DNA of 64,000 bases, from positions 24,122-88,121 of the IMG/VR virus record IMGVR_UViG_3300044712_001570. The stretch is one strand, 5' to 3'. Shown piece after piece: positions 48,280 through 57,411 of this stretch (within the stretch, counting starts at the first letter, position 1; each line of letters opens with the position of its first letter). The position numbers and the translations under genes were made by a program. This DNA comes from a virus. A model generated the notes under the pieces. That model was not told the DNA's origin, made no database searches, and saw only the letters and a program-made list of their open reading frames with translations.

Positions 48280-48397
48280 TGTACGCATTGGGGGTGCCTT
48301 ACCTATTCCACCTGTTAACCGTCGGTGTGCCACGTATAGGTTTATGCACTTCATTGCGTCACACTTATTACCCTATCAGCCAGATGTATTTGCACAA
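48280..48397 (-). promoter_or_regulatory. Capsid promoter and structured 5' leader
   Basis: TTGTGC-N16-TAGGGT with TGn extension; nested stems ACGCA/TGCGT, GTGC/GCAC, ACCTAT/ATAGGT. Confidence 0.6.
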
Positions 48398-48401
48398 GTA
48401 C

Positions 48402-48437
48402 AAAAATAAAAACATCCCACCATTAGATGAGATGTTT
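48402..48437 (-). terminator. Intrinsic terminator after scaffold gene
   Basis: AAACATCTCATC-TAAT-GGTGGGATGTTT then TTATTTTT. Confidence 0.75.
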
Positions 48438-48458
48438 GAAGGCTTATAAACCTCAACT

Positions 48459-49241
48459 TTACCAGCTATAACCGTACTTCTGACGAACTTGAGCCTTTGA
48501 CATTGTATTCTTTTGGCCTGGCTTTGCAGTCATAGGTTCTGCACTTCCTGGAGGCATAGGAGGGGGAGCAACTCCACCAGGTGTACCATTCGTAACTGGT
48601 TGAGTGGTTGTAGGAGGGGTTTCAACTGGTGCTGCCTTCCCACCTTTTCTAAATGCAGTATTAGTTTTTGCAAACTTTATAAACCATGCCTCTTGTTGTT
48701 GTGGAGTCATGGCCGCTATCTGCTTCGGAGTGAGGTTTGCTCGTAATGATTTAGCAAACTTAGTTATTGCGAAGTCTACATATTCAGCAGCTATATGCTT
48801 TGCAGCTAGGTTACTAAGCCTGCGCTCTTCCCTATCCATAACCCTAGCTTTGCGTAGGGTTTCAACTTCTTTTTCTTTTTGTGTACGAGCTGCACGTTCC
48901 TTATCTAAGTCTTCTTTAAGTCGAGTGGTTTCATCTAGCTTCTCTCGACGCTGCTTTTCCGCTTCAGCATCCGCTTCTTGAGCCTTCTTCAATAAAGCTT
49001 TGATTGCTTCAGGGTCATCAATACCAAACTGCTTTTTTAGTTGAGCGGCTGTATGTCTTTGCAAGCGCTCATTAAGTTGTTCGGGTGTTAGTTTAATTGC
49101 ACCATCAGATTCTTCAGCTTTAGCTGGAGGTACAACAGGCGTTGTGGGGGCAGTAGCAGCAGCTGGTGTAGTACTAACATTAGTATCTGCACTATGAGGA
49201 GTGGCAGGTACGACGGTCGTGGGTGTGGTCTCGTCAGCCAT
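48459..49241 (-). CDS. Capsid scaffolding protein (ORF track start 49280)
   Basis: TPEQLNERL, charged coiled coil, Pro/Thr termini; SD AAAGGA before ATG 49241. Confidence 0.85.
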   Translation of the reverse strand: MADETTPTTVVPATPHSADTNVSTTPAAATAPTTPVVPPAKAEESDGAIKLTPEQLNERLQRHTAAQLKKQFGIDDPEAIKALLKKAQEADAEAEKQRREKLDETTRLKEDLDKERAARTQKEKEVETLRKARVMDREERRLSNLAAKHIAAEYVDFAITKFAKSLRANLTPKQIAAMTPQQQEAWFIKFAKTNTAFRKGGKAAPVETPPTTTQPVTNGTPGGVAPPPMPPGSAEPMTAKPGQKNTMSKAQVRQKYGYSW

Positions 49242-49262
49242 GATAATCAGAGTCCTTTCAAT

Positions 49263-49295
49263 AAAAAGGGCACTATGCACAAATGCATAATGCCC
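49263..49295 (-). terminator. Intrinsic terminator before scaffold gene
   Basis: GGGCATTATGCA-TTTG-TGCATAGTGCCC then TTTTT. Confidence 0.85.
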
Positions 49296-49311
49296 GATAT
49301 ACTACAATAAA

Positions 49312-49980
49312 CTAAACAGTTGCAGTTGCTTCGAGCACTGCATCAATATCTACAGCGGGTGATACTGCTAGTGTAACAGTACCCTCTGTAACTGCATCCG
49401 TTGCAAAGTTGAATAGCACCTGGGTCTTAGCTGCATTCAAGTTTGCCTTAGTGGTTGCAGGAGTTGTACTAGGTACAAGAATAATCTTCTTTCCTAGATT
49501 GGTTCCCTTAGTTGCAGTTGCAGCTAAGAGTTGAAGAACACCACGATTGGCAATCGCTGTTGGTATAGTCAGCACACCAGCAGGTGCGGGTAGCGTTAGG
49601 GTAATGAGGTCATACTTGAGCGGTTGATAGATAATATCAACTGTCAAGGGAACGTCTGCAGCAGCAAACGCGATATCACCATTAGGGGTAACAGCGCATT
49701 CTGTAGTCGATGGAGTTGCACCATATGCAATCGGTGTAACTTCACCAACACCACCTGTGCCTGTAATAATCTGGGCACGAAGAATTCGTGCAGCTTTTGC
49801 ATCCATAGGAAGCTGCACGACATAAAGCGCTGCAACGTTGTAATCAACACCAGCAGCAGGAGCTTTGCGGGGGAGTTGGGTAGGTAGCGCGCGGAGCACA
49901 TCACCAAACTTCAGCGCATTCATGTATGTGCTGAATGTGTTTGGTGTTGCGATATTAATCATCTCTTTGATTGTAGGCAT
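49312..49980 (-). CDS. Probable abundant virion (decoration) protein
   Basis: Ala/Thr-rich; strong SD AAGGAGG; own terminator. Confidence 0.6.
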   Translation of the reverse strand: MPTIKEMINIATPNTFSTYMNALKFGDVLRALPTQLPRKAPAAGVDYNVAALYVVQLPMDAKAARILRAQIITGTGGVGEVTPIAYGATPSTTECAVTPNGDIAFAAADVPLTVDIIYQPLKYDLITLTLPAPAGVLTIPTAIANRGVLQLLAATATKGTNLGKKIILVPSTTPATTKANLNAAKTQVLFNFATDAVTEGTVTLAVSPAVDIDAVLEATATV

Positions 49981-50013
49981 GTGGGCCTCCTTTTCGCATA
50001 ACAGGGTGTATGG

Positions 50014-50421
50014 TTATACTAACCCTGCTATTAGATACTCTATCGTTGCTACCCCTTTAGCTTCGACCGATACCAAGGGTTTGGAAGGGTCAATATCAAG
50101 TAGCAGCAGACCGTTCACTGGAATCTCTGAAACTATATCTGCAGGGGTAGTATCAAATGTAAGTCGAACTAATATGGGATCGCTTGAACGAAGATATAAC
50201 TGCAAACCATTTGTAACATCATCACTAGTACCAACACCGGATAAAGTTACATACACACTTGCGCTATTGAGTGCGCGTTGCTTTAGTCCTGAATGAACAG
50301 TTGCAACTTTATCAAGTGCAAATGGTGCAGTGGTCGTACCGCTCGGAACACTCGTATCAACTACAGCTTGAGGTCCAACGACAAGTGTTCCCGTTATTGA
50401 GAGTTCCGGGCAGGTAGACAT
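50014..50421 (-). CDS. Hypothetical beta-rich virion protein
   Basis: In head operon. Confidence 0.65.
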   Translation of the reverse strand: MSTCPELSITGTLVVGPQAVVDTSVPSGTTTAPFALDKVATVHSGLKQRALNSASVYVTLSGVGTSDDVTNGLQLYLRSSDPILVRLTFDTTPADIVSEIPVNGLLLLDIDPSKPLVSVEAKGVATIEYLIAGLV

Positions 50422-50423
50422 CT

Positions 50424-50732
50424 TTATTCAACGTCCTCTTCTGGTTCACCACCACTCGCACCACCAGAAAGCTTGAACGGCTTTCGAACGGCAGCAACAG
50501 GAGTCAATGGAGATAATCCACCAGCAGGAATAGAGGATTTGTTTACCTCTGATTTACCCATCTTCTGTGGTCGGTTTTGAAAGAGTTTATTGTGGTCCAT
50601 GGCCACCTTTCTTCCGTTTCCAGTGGGGTTCTCGGTAAAATCGTTTGCACCACTAGATGCACCGGATTCATTTGTAGCACCTTGGCCGTTGCCGAAGGGC
50701 GAAGTCATTCCATCACCAGGGGGTGTAGGCAT
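50424..50732 (-). CDS. Small disordered Gly/Pro protein with KPFKLSGG motif
   Basis: SD AAGGA; low complexity. Confidence 0.65.
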   Translation of the reverse strand: MPTPPGDGMTSPFGNGQGATNESGASSGANDFTENPTGNGRKVAMDHNKLFQNRPQKMGKSEVNKSSIPAGGLSPLTPVAAVRKPFKLSGGASGGEPEEDVE

Positions 50733-50736
50733 TGGC

Positions 50737-51015
50737 TTATTCCTTTCCGCCTAATAGCTTAAATGGTTTTTTTCTCGTTGCCGAAGCAGGAGTATAGCCT
50801 ATAGCCGGACCGCGCATTTGCGCAATGCCACCCTGTGGAGTGGGTCCTGGTACTAAAGGTGGAGGAAGTGGTGACATAATAGCAGGGGGAGGGTTCTCAA
50901 TAGCACCGTTGGGAACTGGTAAGCTCCCTTGCTCGATGGGAGAACCACCTGTTATTCGAAAAGGTTTACCGTTGGACATGCTCTTGAGTCTGCGCTTAGT
51001 CTGCATAAGCGTCAA
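50737..51015 (-). CDS. Small Pro-rich protein with two KPF[KR][LI]xGG motifs
   Basis: KPFRITGG, KPFKLLGG; true start may be a downstream Met. Confidence 0.6.
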   Translation of the reverse strand: MTLMQTKRRLKSMSNGKPFRITGGSPIEQGSLPVPNGAIENPPPAIMSPLPPPLVPGPTPQGGIAQMRGPAIGYTPASATRKKPFKLLGGKE

Positions 51016-51419
51016 GTGATCTCCAACGTTTCATCTATGCTAAGTGTTATCGTTCCTATCTGCACTGTAGATACTATATTAGATGTATCCTTAATCTGAA
51101 TATCATATCGAAGAGTAGTTACCGATGAGGGAAGCTTGTTAGTAGCACTAGCAGGCATAGTTACTTTTATCTTACCTGTTAAAGCATCAATAACAGTTAT
51201 CAAAGATGTAGGGGTATCATCGCTTCTTGCTTCAACTAAGTAGTGTTGCGGACAATCACCAATATAAGCCCGAACGGTAAACCATATAAGGTAGCCAGTA
51301 ATATTAAGAGGTAAACAGTTGGATAGTACTTGTACAGTAGATACGAATGTATCACCACGCACCATGCTATAGTTTGTAGCTTCAAGAGTACTTGTATTAT
51401 CCAACTGTCTTGTATTCAT
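51012..51419 (-). CDS. BppU N-terminal-like Ig-fold structural protein
   Basis: RGDT...PLNITGY...G.I.V...AT..L...YDIQI...GTITL pattern. Confidence 0.7.
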   Translation of the reverse strand: MNTRQLDNTSTLEATNYSMVRGDTFVSTVQVLSNCLPLNITGYLIWFTVRAYIGDCPQHYLVEARSDDTPTSLITVIDALTGKIKVTMPASATNKLPSSVTTLRYDIQIKDTSNIVSTVQIGTITLSIDETLEIT

Positions 51420-52141
51420 TATGCAGTCCTCATAACACGAATGAATAGCTCACCTGCACAAGCTCTATCGCTGCGACGAGCATATACAGAACCATTAGCT
51501 GCAACAGTAGGTGAACCCGTTGCAACTCCTGCATCCCTTACCTTACCAGTTGCATTGACGCTTAGATCACTTGTCAATGCAGTACCACTACCGCCCGCTG
51601 TATCGCGAAGTGTTAGGGTTGCAGAACCTTTTGCTGTAGTAACGCACATAATCACATCAACAATACGAACCTTATATGGGCAGTTTGCATTAAATATCTC
51701 AACATCATCTGCTGCACCGGTAACACCAGCAGTAAATACCTTTCGGAATATGTGCATTGACCCTATCTCAACTGCTGCCGTCGGGTCACCTGTAGAGATA
51801 CCTTGCTTTACTGGTGTTAGAGTAGCGTCAGCTATTTGTGCACCTGTAATGGATAAGGCAGCAATACCCGTTCCAGCAAGAGCGCTATCTGCTTTAGTTT
51901 GGTTAGCTAGCTCCCATGCAGCTTGCATAATGGATGTTCGTAATGATTCATCCATACCAGCTTTTAGGGATGCCGCTGCTGCTGCAACTTGTGCCACCGT
52001 TGATACTGCCATAGGTACACCAGCAGCGGATAGTAATGAATAGGTGGCACTAGTTGAATCTAATGCTGTACCGGCAGGAATAAAGTCAGGTCCAGTATCC
52101 GTAGCTACTGTATAACCCATGATTGTATAGTATGTTGCCAT
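51419..52141 (-). CDS. Virion structural protein (head fibre/decoration candidate)
   Basis: Ala/Thr-rich; N-terminal module shared with the 56670 ORF; SD GAGGT. Confidence 0.65.
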   Translation of the reverse strand: MATYYTIMGYTVATDTGPDFIPAGTALDSTSATYSLLSAAGVPMAVSTVAQVAAAAASLKAGMDESLRTSIMQAAWELANQTKADSALAGTGIAALSITGAQIADATLTPVKQGISTGDPTAAVEIGSMHIFRKVFTAGVTGAADDVEIFNANCPYKVRIVDVIMCVTTAKGSATLTLRDTAGGSGTALTSDLSVNATGKVRDAGVATGSPTVAANGSVYARRSDRACAGELFIRVMRTA

Positions 52142-52164
52142 TCGTACCTCTTTTCTTTAGCTAA

Positions 52165-52662
52165 CTATAGCTCTAACACTAATCTTTGGTTTGGGTTTCG
52201 CACAATAGGCGCCGTTGGATTTGCTTCCGTTGGTCCAGATATGATCTTGGTCCATTGTTCTGGCCAAGCGGCTTTTGCTAATACAGATTCCGCAGATGTA
52301 TCGTTTTTCAGTGCTGTAGGACCAGCCCACCGTGTCCAGATAACGCCGTCTCTATTTAGAGCAGCCCAGAATTGTTTCAACACTGCGTTCCCCGCAGTAT
52401 CAGGGTCAGCGTCATCTTGAGGGGCATAAATCCAGTAAAGCACATATTCCGATGCTGGAATACGAGCCACTCGAATAACTAAGACGTAAACCCCTTGAGG
52501 GGTATGCGCAGGTCGATATGACCAGCCTTTGAGACCATCTTGGTCAAACTCTAATGCATGCCTTCGCCACCCTGGTAGCTTACCGATAGGCGGTCCTTCA
52601 TCGTTCTCATCTGGCCTACACAGAAGGATTCTAGATTGATTGACGATGGCCATCTTAGGCAC
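52165..52662 (-). CDS. Hypothetical protein coupled to the large repeat protein
   Basis: SD AAGGAG, GTG start overlapping the upstream stop. Confidence 0.65.
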   Translation of the reverse strand: MPKMAIVNQSRILLCRPDENDEGPPIGKLPGWRRHALEFDQDGLKGWSYRPAHTPQGVYVLVIRVARIPASEYVLYWIYAPQDDADPDTAGNAVLKQFWAALNRDGVIWTRWAGPTALKNDTSAESVLAKAAWPEQWTKIISGPTEANPTAPIVRNPNQRLVLEL

Positions 52663-55600
52663 TCCTTACCCAATCCGGCATCTGACCTGCCGAATAGGTT
52701 GTCACTTGCTCATACACCGCTTCAAGTTGGCTTGTAGTTACCGTTGGAGGTACGCACCCAATACCTACTGAAAGATTAGGCACTGATGCAATGTGGGTGA
52801 GAGTTGAACCTTGATTTGTTAGGGCAGTGCAAACCGGGTTATAAACCAACACAGAACGCGATGTACCTGTATAGCTAGCAGTCGATCCTGCCGCATCCAT
52901 CATATAGATGTAGAACCCACTTGCTATAGGTCCTGTGAGAGTGATCGTGCACCAACCATCTCCAGACCGTTCAACTGTTGCATAAACGCTACCCGTTGTA
53001 GCCGTTATAACGCCGGTTTGTACGTTGACGGATACTGAGTTAGTCGTTCCACTATCAGCTATTCGGATATAAGGACAATCGACATACTTAGCTTTGATTA
53101 CTGCCCTAGTTGTACCAACCGTCGAAACGGATGTATAAGCACGATGCAACCCCATTGAGGTATCTTCCGTGATCTTATACGCACCTAGAGTACCATCAGG
53201 TGCTACTTGACTACCCACTACAGCTACACCACCAAGTGTCCACGCGCTAATATCCTTGCTAGTAATATAATCAGTAGACGCACTATTCCTTCGAGCAAAT
53301 ATCCTGGTACCAGTTACACCACCGACTGCGATCCACAGTTCGATTAGATCACCACGATTCCACGTGAGACCCGCTGTTGTCGAATAACTAACGCTGTTGA
53401 TAACGATGGCAATCACGCCAGTCGTGGCATTGATAAATCCATAGTTATTTGCATCGAAATAGAACAATCTCGGGTTGTAGGTCCAGTCGTTGGTCCCGCC
53501 GATGCTGCCTTTGGGCCTAAACCGCATATAGAGACCAAGACGACCGCCTGACAATGCAGCGGAACTTAGGGCGTAAGAAGAACCTAGTCGAGGAGTTCCA
53601 CCATGATATTCGTGCGCAATGTTGCCAGATTCAACTTGCACGAAGTCAAACCAACCACTCGCAGCTTCTGCCCCCGCATACCCAACCGCCCGACCTTCAA
53701 CCAACATAGCCTGTGCGGTATTACCTGAAACAACTGATTTTGAAATTGAGTTGAAGGCCCAATCAACTGACATAGTACCAGTTTCAATCGTATAGGTTGG
53801 TGCAGTTGTGTCTACCGCTTTCGCTCGTTTATTATCGTGAGACTTCTTTTTACGCCAGAAGCCTAAAGTTAGATTCAACCCTGTGAAACCAGCCTGTTGA
53901 TAGAAGTTTGAATACTGCGTGTTTGTAGCTTCAAACCCAGCAGCATTGTAATCACCAGCCGGCGAGTTATTGCCAGTACTTTGCGCTGTAAACGTTGAAG
54001 TTCCGGTTGTCCAAGAACCACCTGTCAGTAATCGACCTTCACCTGCGAGGTTATTTACCGGCCCTTCGAGAACCATACCTAGACTATGTGCACTTGCCAT
54101 CCTACCGATCTTCACAGTATCGGCAGCTATATTGATAACCACTTGAGTATCAGATATTTTGACCGACTGACTATTAGAAGCACTCAGATAGGTCGAACCA
54201 GCAGGTGCAGTTCCCGCACCACCTGCTTGGACGGTAAAGTCCGCATTGAACGTAGGAACAGGGGTAACGATAGGAGCAAACCCAGTCAGGTAGGTTCCGG
54301 GCTCGTAGAAGGTTATGTTCTCAACCCAAGATTCGAGCTGCCCCGTAGTTACATCCGCTGCATTACACAAGGTACTTATGGTACCTGTATTAGCTAATGC
54401 TGCATAGGCTCCCATCGACTGACCAAGGTCGATAATGGTTCCACCATTGATCCTAATCACCGCACGATTGTAGCCGTTACCGCATTCAACCCACAGTTCT
54501 AATACATCGAGTCTTGATGCAATAATACCTAGCGGTGTAGTCCACGAGATACCATTGACGGTAAATGTGATAACACCCGTTGCAGCAGTGATTTTGCAGT
54601 TGTTATTGGCATCTTGGTAGAATACCCATGGGTCCCAACGATACAAATTAGTTGTAGTTGTTATTGAACCCTTAAGTCGAATCTTGCTGTACATCTGGAT
54701 TCGACCGTTATAGACATTGGTGCTTGCCTGAACTGCTCCAGACGAACCGAGCTTAGTACCAATAACGAAATCGTGAGGGATTAGACCTAACTCAAATTGA
54801 GGCATGTCCACAATGGCATCTGTTTCGGTAGTCTCAGCTGTTGTATACCCAGAATACGCGTAGTTACCCTGCGGCATGAACGCAGTCGTCCCCACCGTTG
54901 CTGCCGTTTGACCTGTTTGTACAGACATGGACCAAGCCGCTGTCATAGCGATGTGACCGGCTTCGCCGGGGTCATAACAAATGGCGGGTCCCGTAGCCTT
55001 ATACGATAAACCACGGAAGTATGCTGTCGCAGCAGTGCGACCCCAGTTTGACATACAGTAATTAGTCGAACCCGTTACCGTTAGTACGGTGTACTTAGAC
55101 CTACCGGCGGGAGGTGTGTCAAACTCCCGCCAAGCCGTATTTGCAGCCCCATCTGGCCCAGTCTGATCTTGTGTCTCAACAAGATTCGCTTCTGCGGTCC
55201 ACCCAGTTCTTGTACGTGGGTTAGGAACGATATTAGCTACAGGCCCTTCGAAGCTCCAACCGTAGTTGTGAGCGTCTATCCACTTACCGATTGTCAGTAT
55301 ATCAGCAGCAACGTTTGGTTTGACTGTGCTTGTACCTGTCTTCACAAATCTACCGACAGTAGCGCAAACCGAAGTAAAGCCCGCAGGTGTGGCGGGATTT
55401 ACCGGGTCTATAATTGTGAAGTCGATACCGTACAATATGACAGCACCATCAGGCCTGAAATCAGGTGGGTATGCCCCTGTTTTATAGGTTTGAATCAACT
55501 CTACCCATGATTCTAGTTGACCTGTAGTTGCAACATCATGTCGACATAACAACCCAAGAGTTCCCGAAGAACTTATTGCAGCTCTAGTTGTCAGGTCTTG

Positions 55601-56668
55601 ACCTAGCTCAATAATACTTCCAGAGTTCTTCCGAACAGAAACCCGAGTTGTACCGTTTCCACACTCTGTCCAAATCTCCAATAAATCCGCACGAGCAACC
55701 GCAATACCCATAGGGGTAGTCCATGTTGCACCTGCCAAACAAACAGTTACTTGCCCGGTAGTCGTTGAGATCAAACAATAGTTATTGGCATCTATGTACC
55801 AAACGTACGGGTTATAGGTCCAATTGTTGGTACCGTTGAATGAACCTTTAGGGCGAAGTTTGGTATAGAAGTTGAGTCTTCCGACTGACAATGCAGCCGA
55901 AACTGGTACTGACATCACAGTACCAAGACGATTTCCATCGTAGAACTCGTGGGATATTGATGTCCCAGTTTCTACCATATGGAAGTCGAACTTACCGCTA
56001 CATGCCTCATTTGCGTATGGTGCACCACGTGGATACGCGTTACCACCGTACAGGGGTATAAAGTACATACCACCAGCAGGTGCTGAAAACGTATTAGCTA
56101 AAACTACTTTTTCCCACGTTACTGGCACAACTCCAGTTTCTTTTAGTCCGTTTCCCGCCGCATCTGTACATGTAACAGCCGCCCGTCTATTCGAAGCGCT
56201 AAGCTGTTTTCTCCAAAATGAGTACGATGCGCGAGCATACACAGTACCAGCGACGAGATGATAACGTCCGAAACCAGCACTCAACGCACTAATTTCACAA
56301 GCATTGACATCTCCAGCCGGAGAATCAGTTCCTGGGGATTGTGCTACAAATGTCTCATTTGTACCAGCGCCCCAACCGCTAGCCATAGTCCGGGGATTAC
56401 TTCGTGCATTGACCGCTGGCCCCTCGAATACAACCGCATTATTCCAGGAGTTGACAGCCTTACCGACAAGCAAAGTGTCAGTACCAATTCCGCTTCGAAT
56501 AGTGGTTTCACTTGTCTGAACACTCCTACCCGTAGAAGCGCAAGTCGATGTCAACCCTAAAGGGGTTACAGGGGAAACTATAGGTAGAACAGTGAAGTTT
56601 AAGTTGAGTAAGGTGGGAGCACCGCCATACCAACACTTTGGGCCTAATCCAAATAGAGTGCGTGCCAT
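52655..56668 (-). CDS. Large head spike/fibre-like protein with three tandem ~400-aa repeats
   Basis: Repeated EGPxxN, SPAG/GPDG, GRxxxYxxxRxKGS, DANN and QLE motifs. Confidence 0.8.
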   Translation of the reverse strand: MARTLFGLGPKCWYGGAPTLLNLNFTVLPIVSPVTPLGLTSTCASTGRSVQTSETTIRSGIGTDTLLVGKAVNSWNNAVVFEGPAVNARSNPRTMASGWGAGTNETFVAQSPGTDSPAGDVNACEISALSAGFGRYHLVAGTVYARASYSFWRKQLSASNRRAAVTCTDAAGNGLKETGVVPVTWEKVVLANTFSAPAGGMYFIPLYGGNAYPRGAPYANEACSGKFDFHMVETGTSISHEFYDGNRLGTVMSVPVSAALSVGRLNFYTKLRPKGSFNGTNNWTYNPYVWYIDANNYCLISTTTGQVTVCLAGATWTTPMGIAVARADLLEIWTECGNGTTRVSVRKNSGSIIELGQDLTTRAAISSSGTLGLLCRHDVATTGQLESWVELIQTYKTGAYPPDFRPDGAVILYGIDFTIIDPVNPATPAGFTSVCATVGRFVKTGTSTVKPNVAADILTIGKWIDAHNYGWSFEGPVANIVPNPRTRTGWTAEANLVETQDQTGPDGAANTAWREFDTPPAGRSKYTVLTVTGSTNYCMSNWGRTAATAYFRGLSYKATGPAICYDPGEAGHIAMTAAWSMSVQTGQTAATVGTTAFMPQGNYAYSGYTTAETTETDAIVDMPQFELGLIPHDFVIGTKLGSSGAVQASTNVYNGRIQMYSKIRLKGSITTTTNLYRWDPWVFYQDANNNCKITAATGVITFTVNGISWTTPLGIIASRLDVLELWVECGNGYNRAVIRINGGTIIDLGQSMGAYAALANTGTISTLCNAADVTTGQLESWVENITFYEPGTYLTGFAPIVTPVPTFNADFTVQAGGAGTAPAGSTYLSASNSQSVKISDTQVVINIAADTVKIGRMASAHSLGMVLEGPVNNLAGEGRLLTGGSWTTGTSTFTAQSTGNNSPAGDYNAAGFEATNTQYSNFYQQAGFTGLNLTLGFWRKKKSHDNKRAKAVDTTAPTYTIETGTMSVDWAFNSISKSVVSGNTAQAMLVEGRAVGYAGAEAASGWFDFVQVESGNIAHEYHGGTPRLGSSYALSSAALSGGRLGLYMRFRPKGSIGGTNDWTYNPRLFYFDANNYGFINATTGVIAIVINSVSYSTTAGLTWNRGDLIELWIAVGGVTGTRIFARRNSASTDYITSKDISAWTLGGVAVVGSQVAPDGTLGAYKITEDTSMGLHRAYTSVSTVGTTRAVIKAKYVDCPYIRIADSGTTNSVSVNVQTGVITATTGSVYATVERSGDGWCTITLTGPIASGFYIYMMDAAGSTASYTGTSRSVLVYNPVCTALTNQGSTLTHIASVPNLSVGIGCVPPTVTTSQLEAVYEQVTTYSAGQMPDWVRSA

Positions 56669-56669
56669 T

Positions 56670-57395
56670 TTACACCAATCTCAACTGAAGTTGACCGCTT
56701 ACATGCCATTTAATCGTGGTAGCAGCTACACCGGAGACTGTTAGTTTTACAGTAGAACCGGAAGTTTCAATAGTTGATGTACAAGTGGATAAGGTAGGGT
56801 CACAGTCTATATTTTGTGGAGTAGGTGTTGAACCAGTCATACTAACAGCGGTTGATATGGTCTTAGATGTACCGGCCATATCTGCAGCCCATACAATACC
56901 GGGCGCTGTTATTCCCTCTAATGTAGCATTCCATCTGCATATTGATATCTCGGTTGCAGGTGGTGCCCATATTAGTACATCTGTTTTAGTTGCATCTGTA
57001 GTTTCAAACTCTCTCTTAAAAGAGATTACTTGTGTCTTTTCCCCTCTACCATAAACAACATCTGCATCACCAATAGTTATCTTAGTAGTCCATTCTGCTC
57101 CACCACCAGTTGGGCCAAGTGCCCTATTAATAGCACCTGCTAGTTTAGTCGCATCTGGTTGGTAGCTTCCGTTTCCTGCTCCATTACTTGTAAAGGTTGA
57201 CCCTATAGGCGCAAGACCAGTAGCGGATGAGAATGCTGCTAGGAATGAAAAAGGTAAGAACAGAGCCTCACCACTCGCAACTAGCGCATTGTATGTATAT
57301 GCCTGATCTACAGTATCGATAAAGGTACCAGCTGCATAAGTCTTGGCACCAGTGGAGTCTGCTAGTTGAACGGTGTTGAGCAACAGATATTGCAT
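56670..57395 (-). CDS. Virion structural protein (ORF track start 57416)
   Basis: Thr-rich; C-terminal V.G.AATTIKW motif; probable leaderless ATG 57395. Confidence 0.65.
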   Translation of the reverse strand: MQYLLLNTVQLADSTGAKTYAAGTFIDTVDQAYTYNALVASGEALFLPFSFLAAFSSATGLAPIGSTFTSNGAGNGSYQPDATKLAGAINRALGPTGGGAEWTTKITIGDADVVYGRGEKTQVISFKREFETTDATKTDVLIWAPPATEISICRWNATLEGITAPGIVWAADMAGTSKTISTAVSMTGSTPTPQNIDCDPTLSTCTSTIETSGSTVKLTVSGVAATTIKWHVSGQLQLRLV

Positions 57396-57402
57396 AACAA
57401 GA

Positions 57403-57411
57403 ATGGTATCA
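57403..57411 (-). promoter_or_regulatory. Extended -10 element, putative leaderless promoter
   Basis: TGATACCAT-N7-ATG, no SD. Confidence 0.55.
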
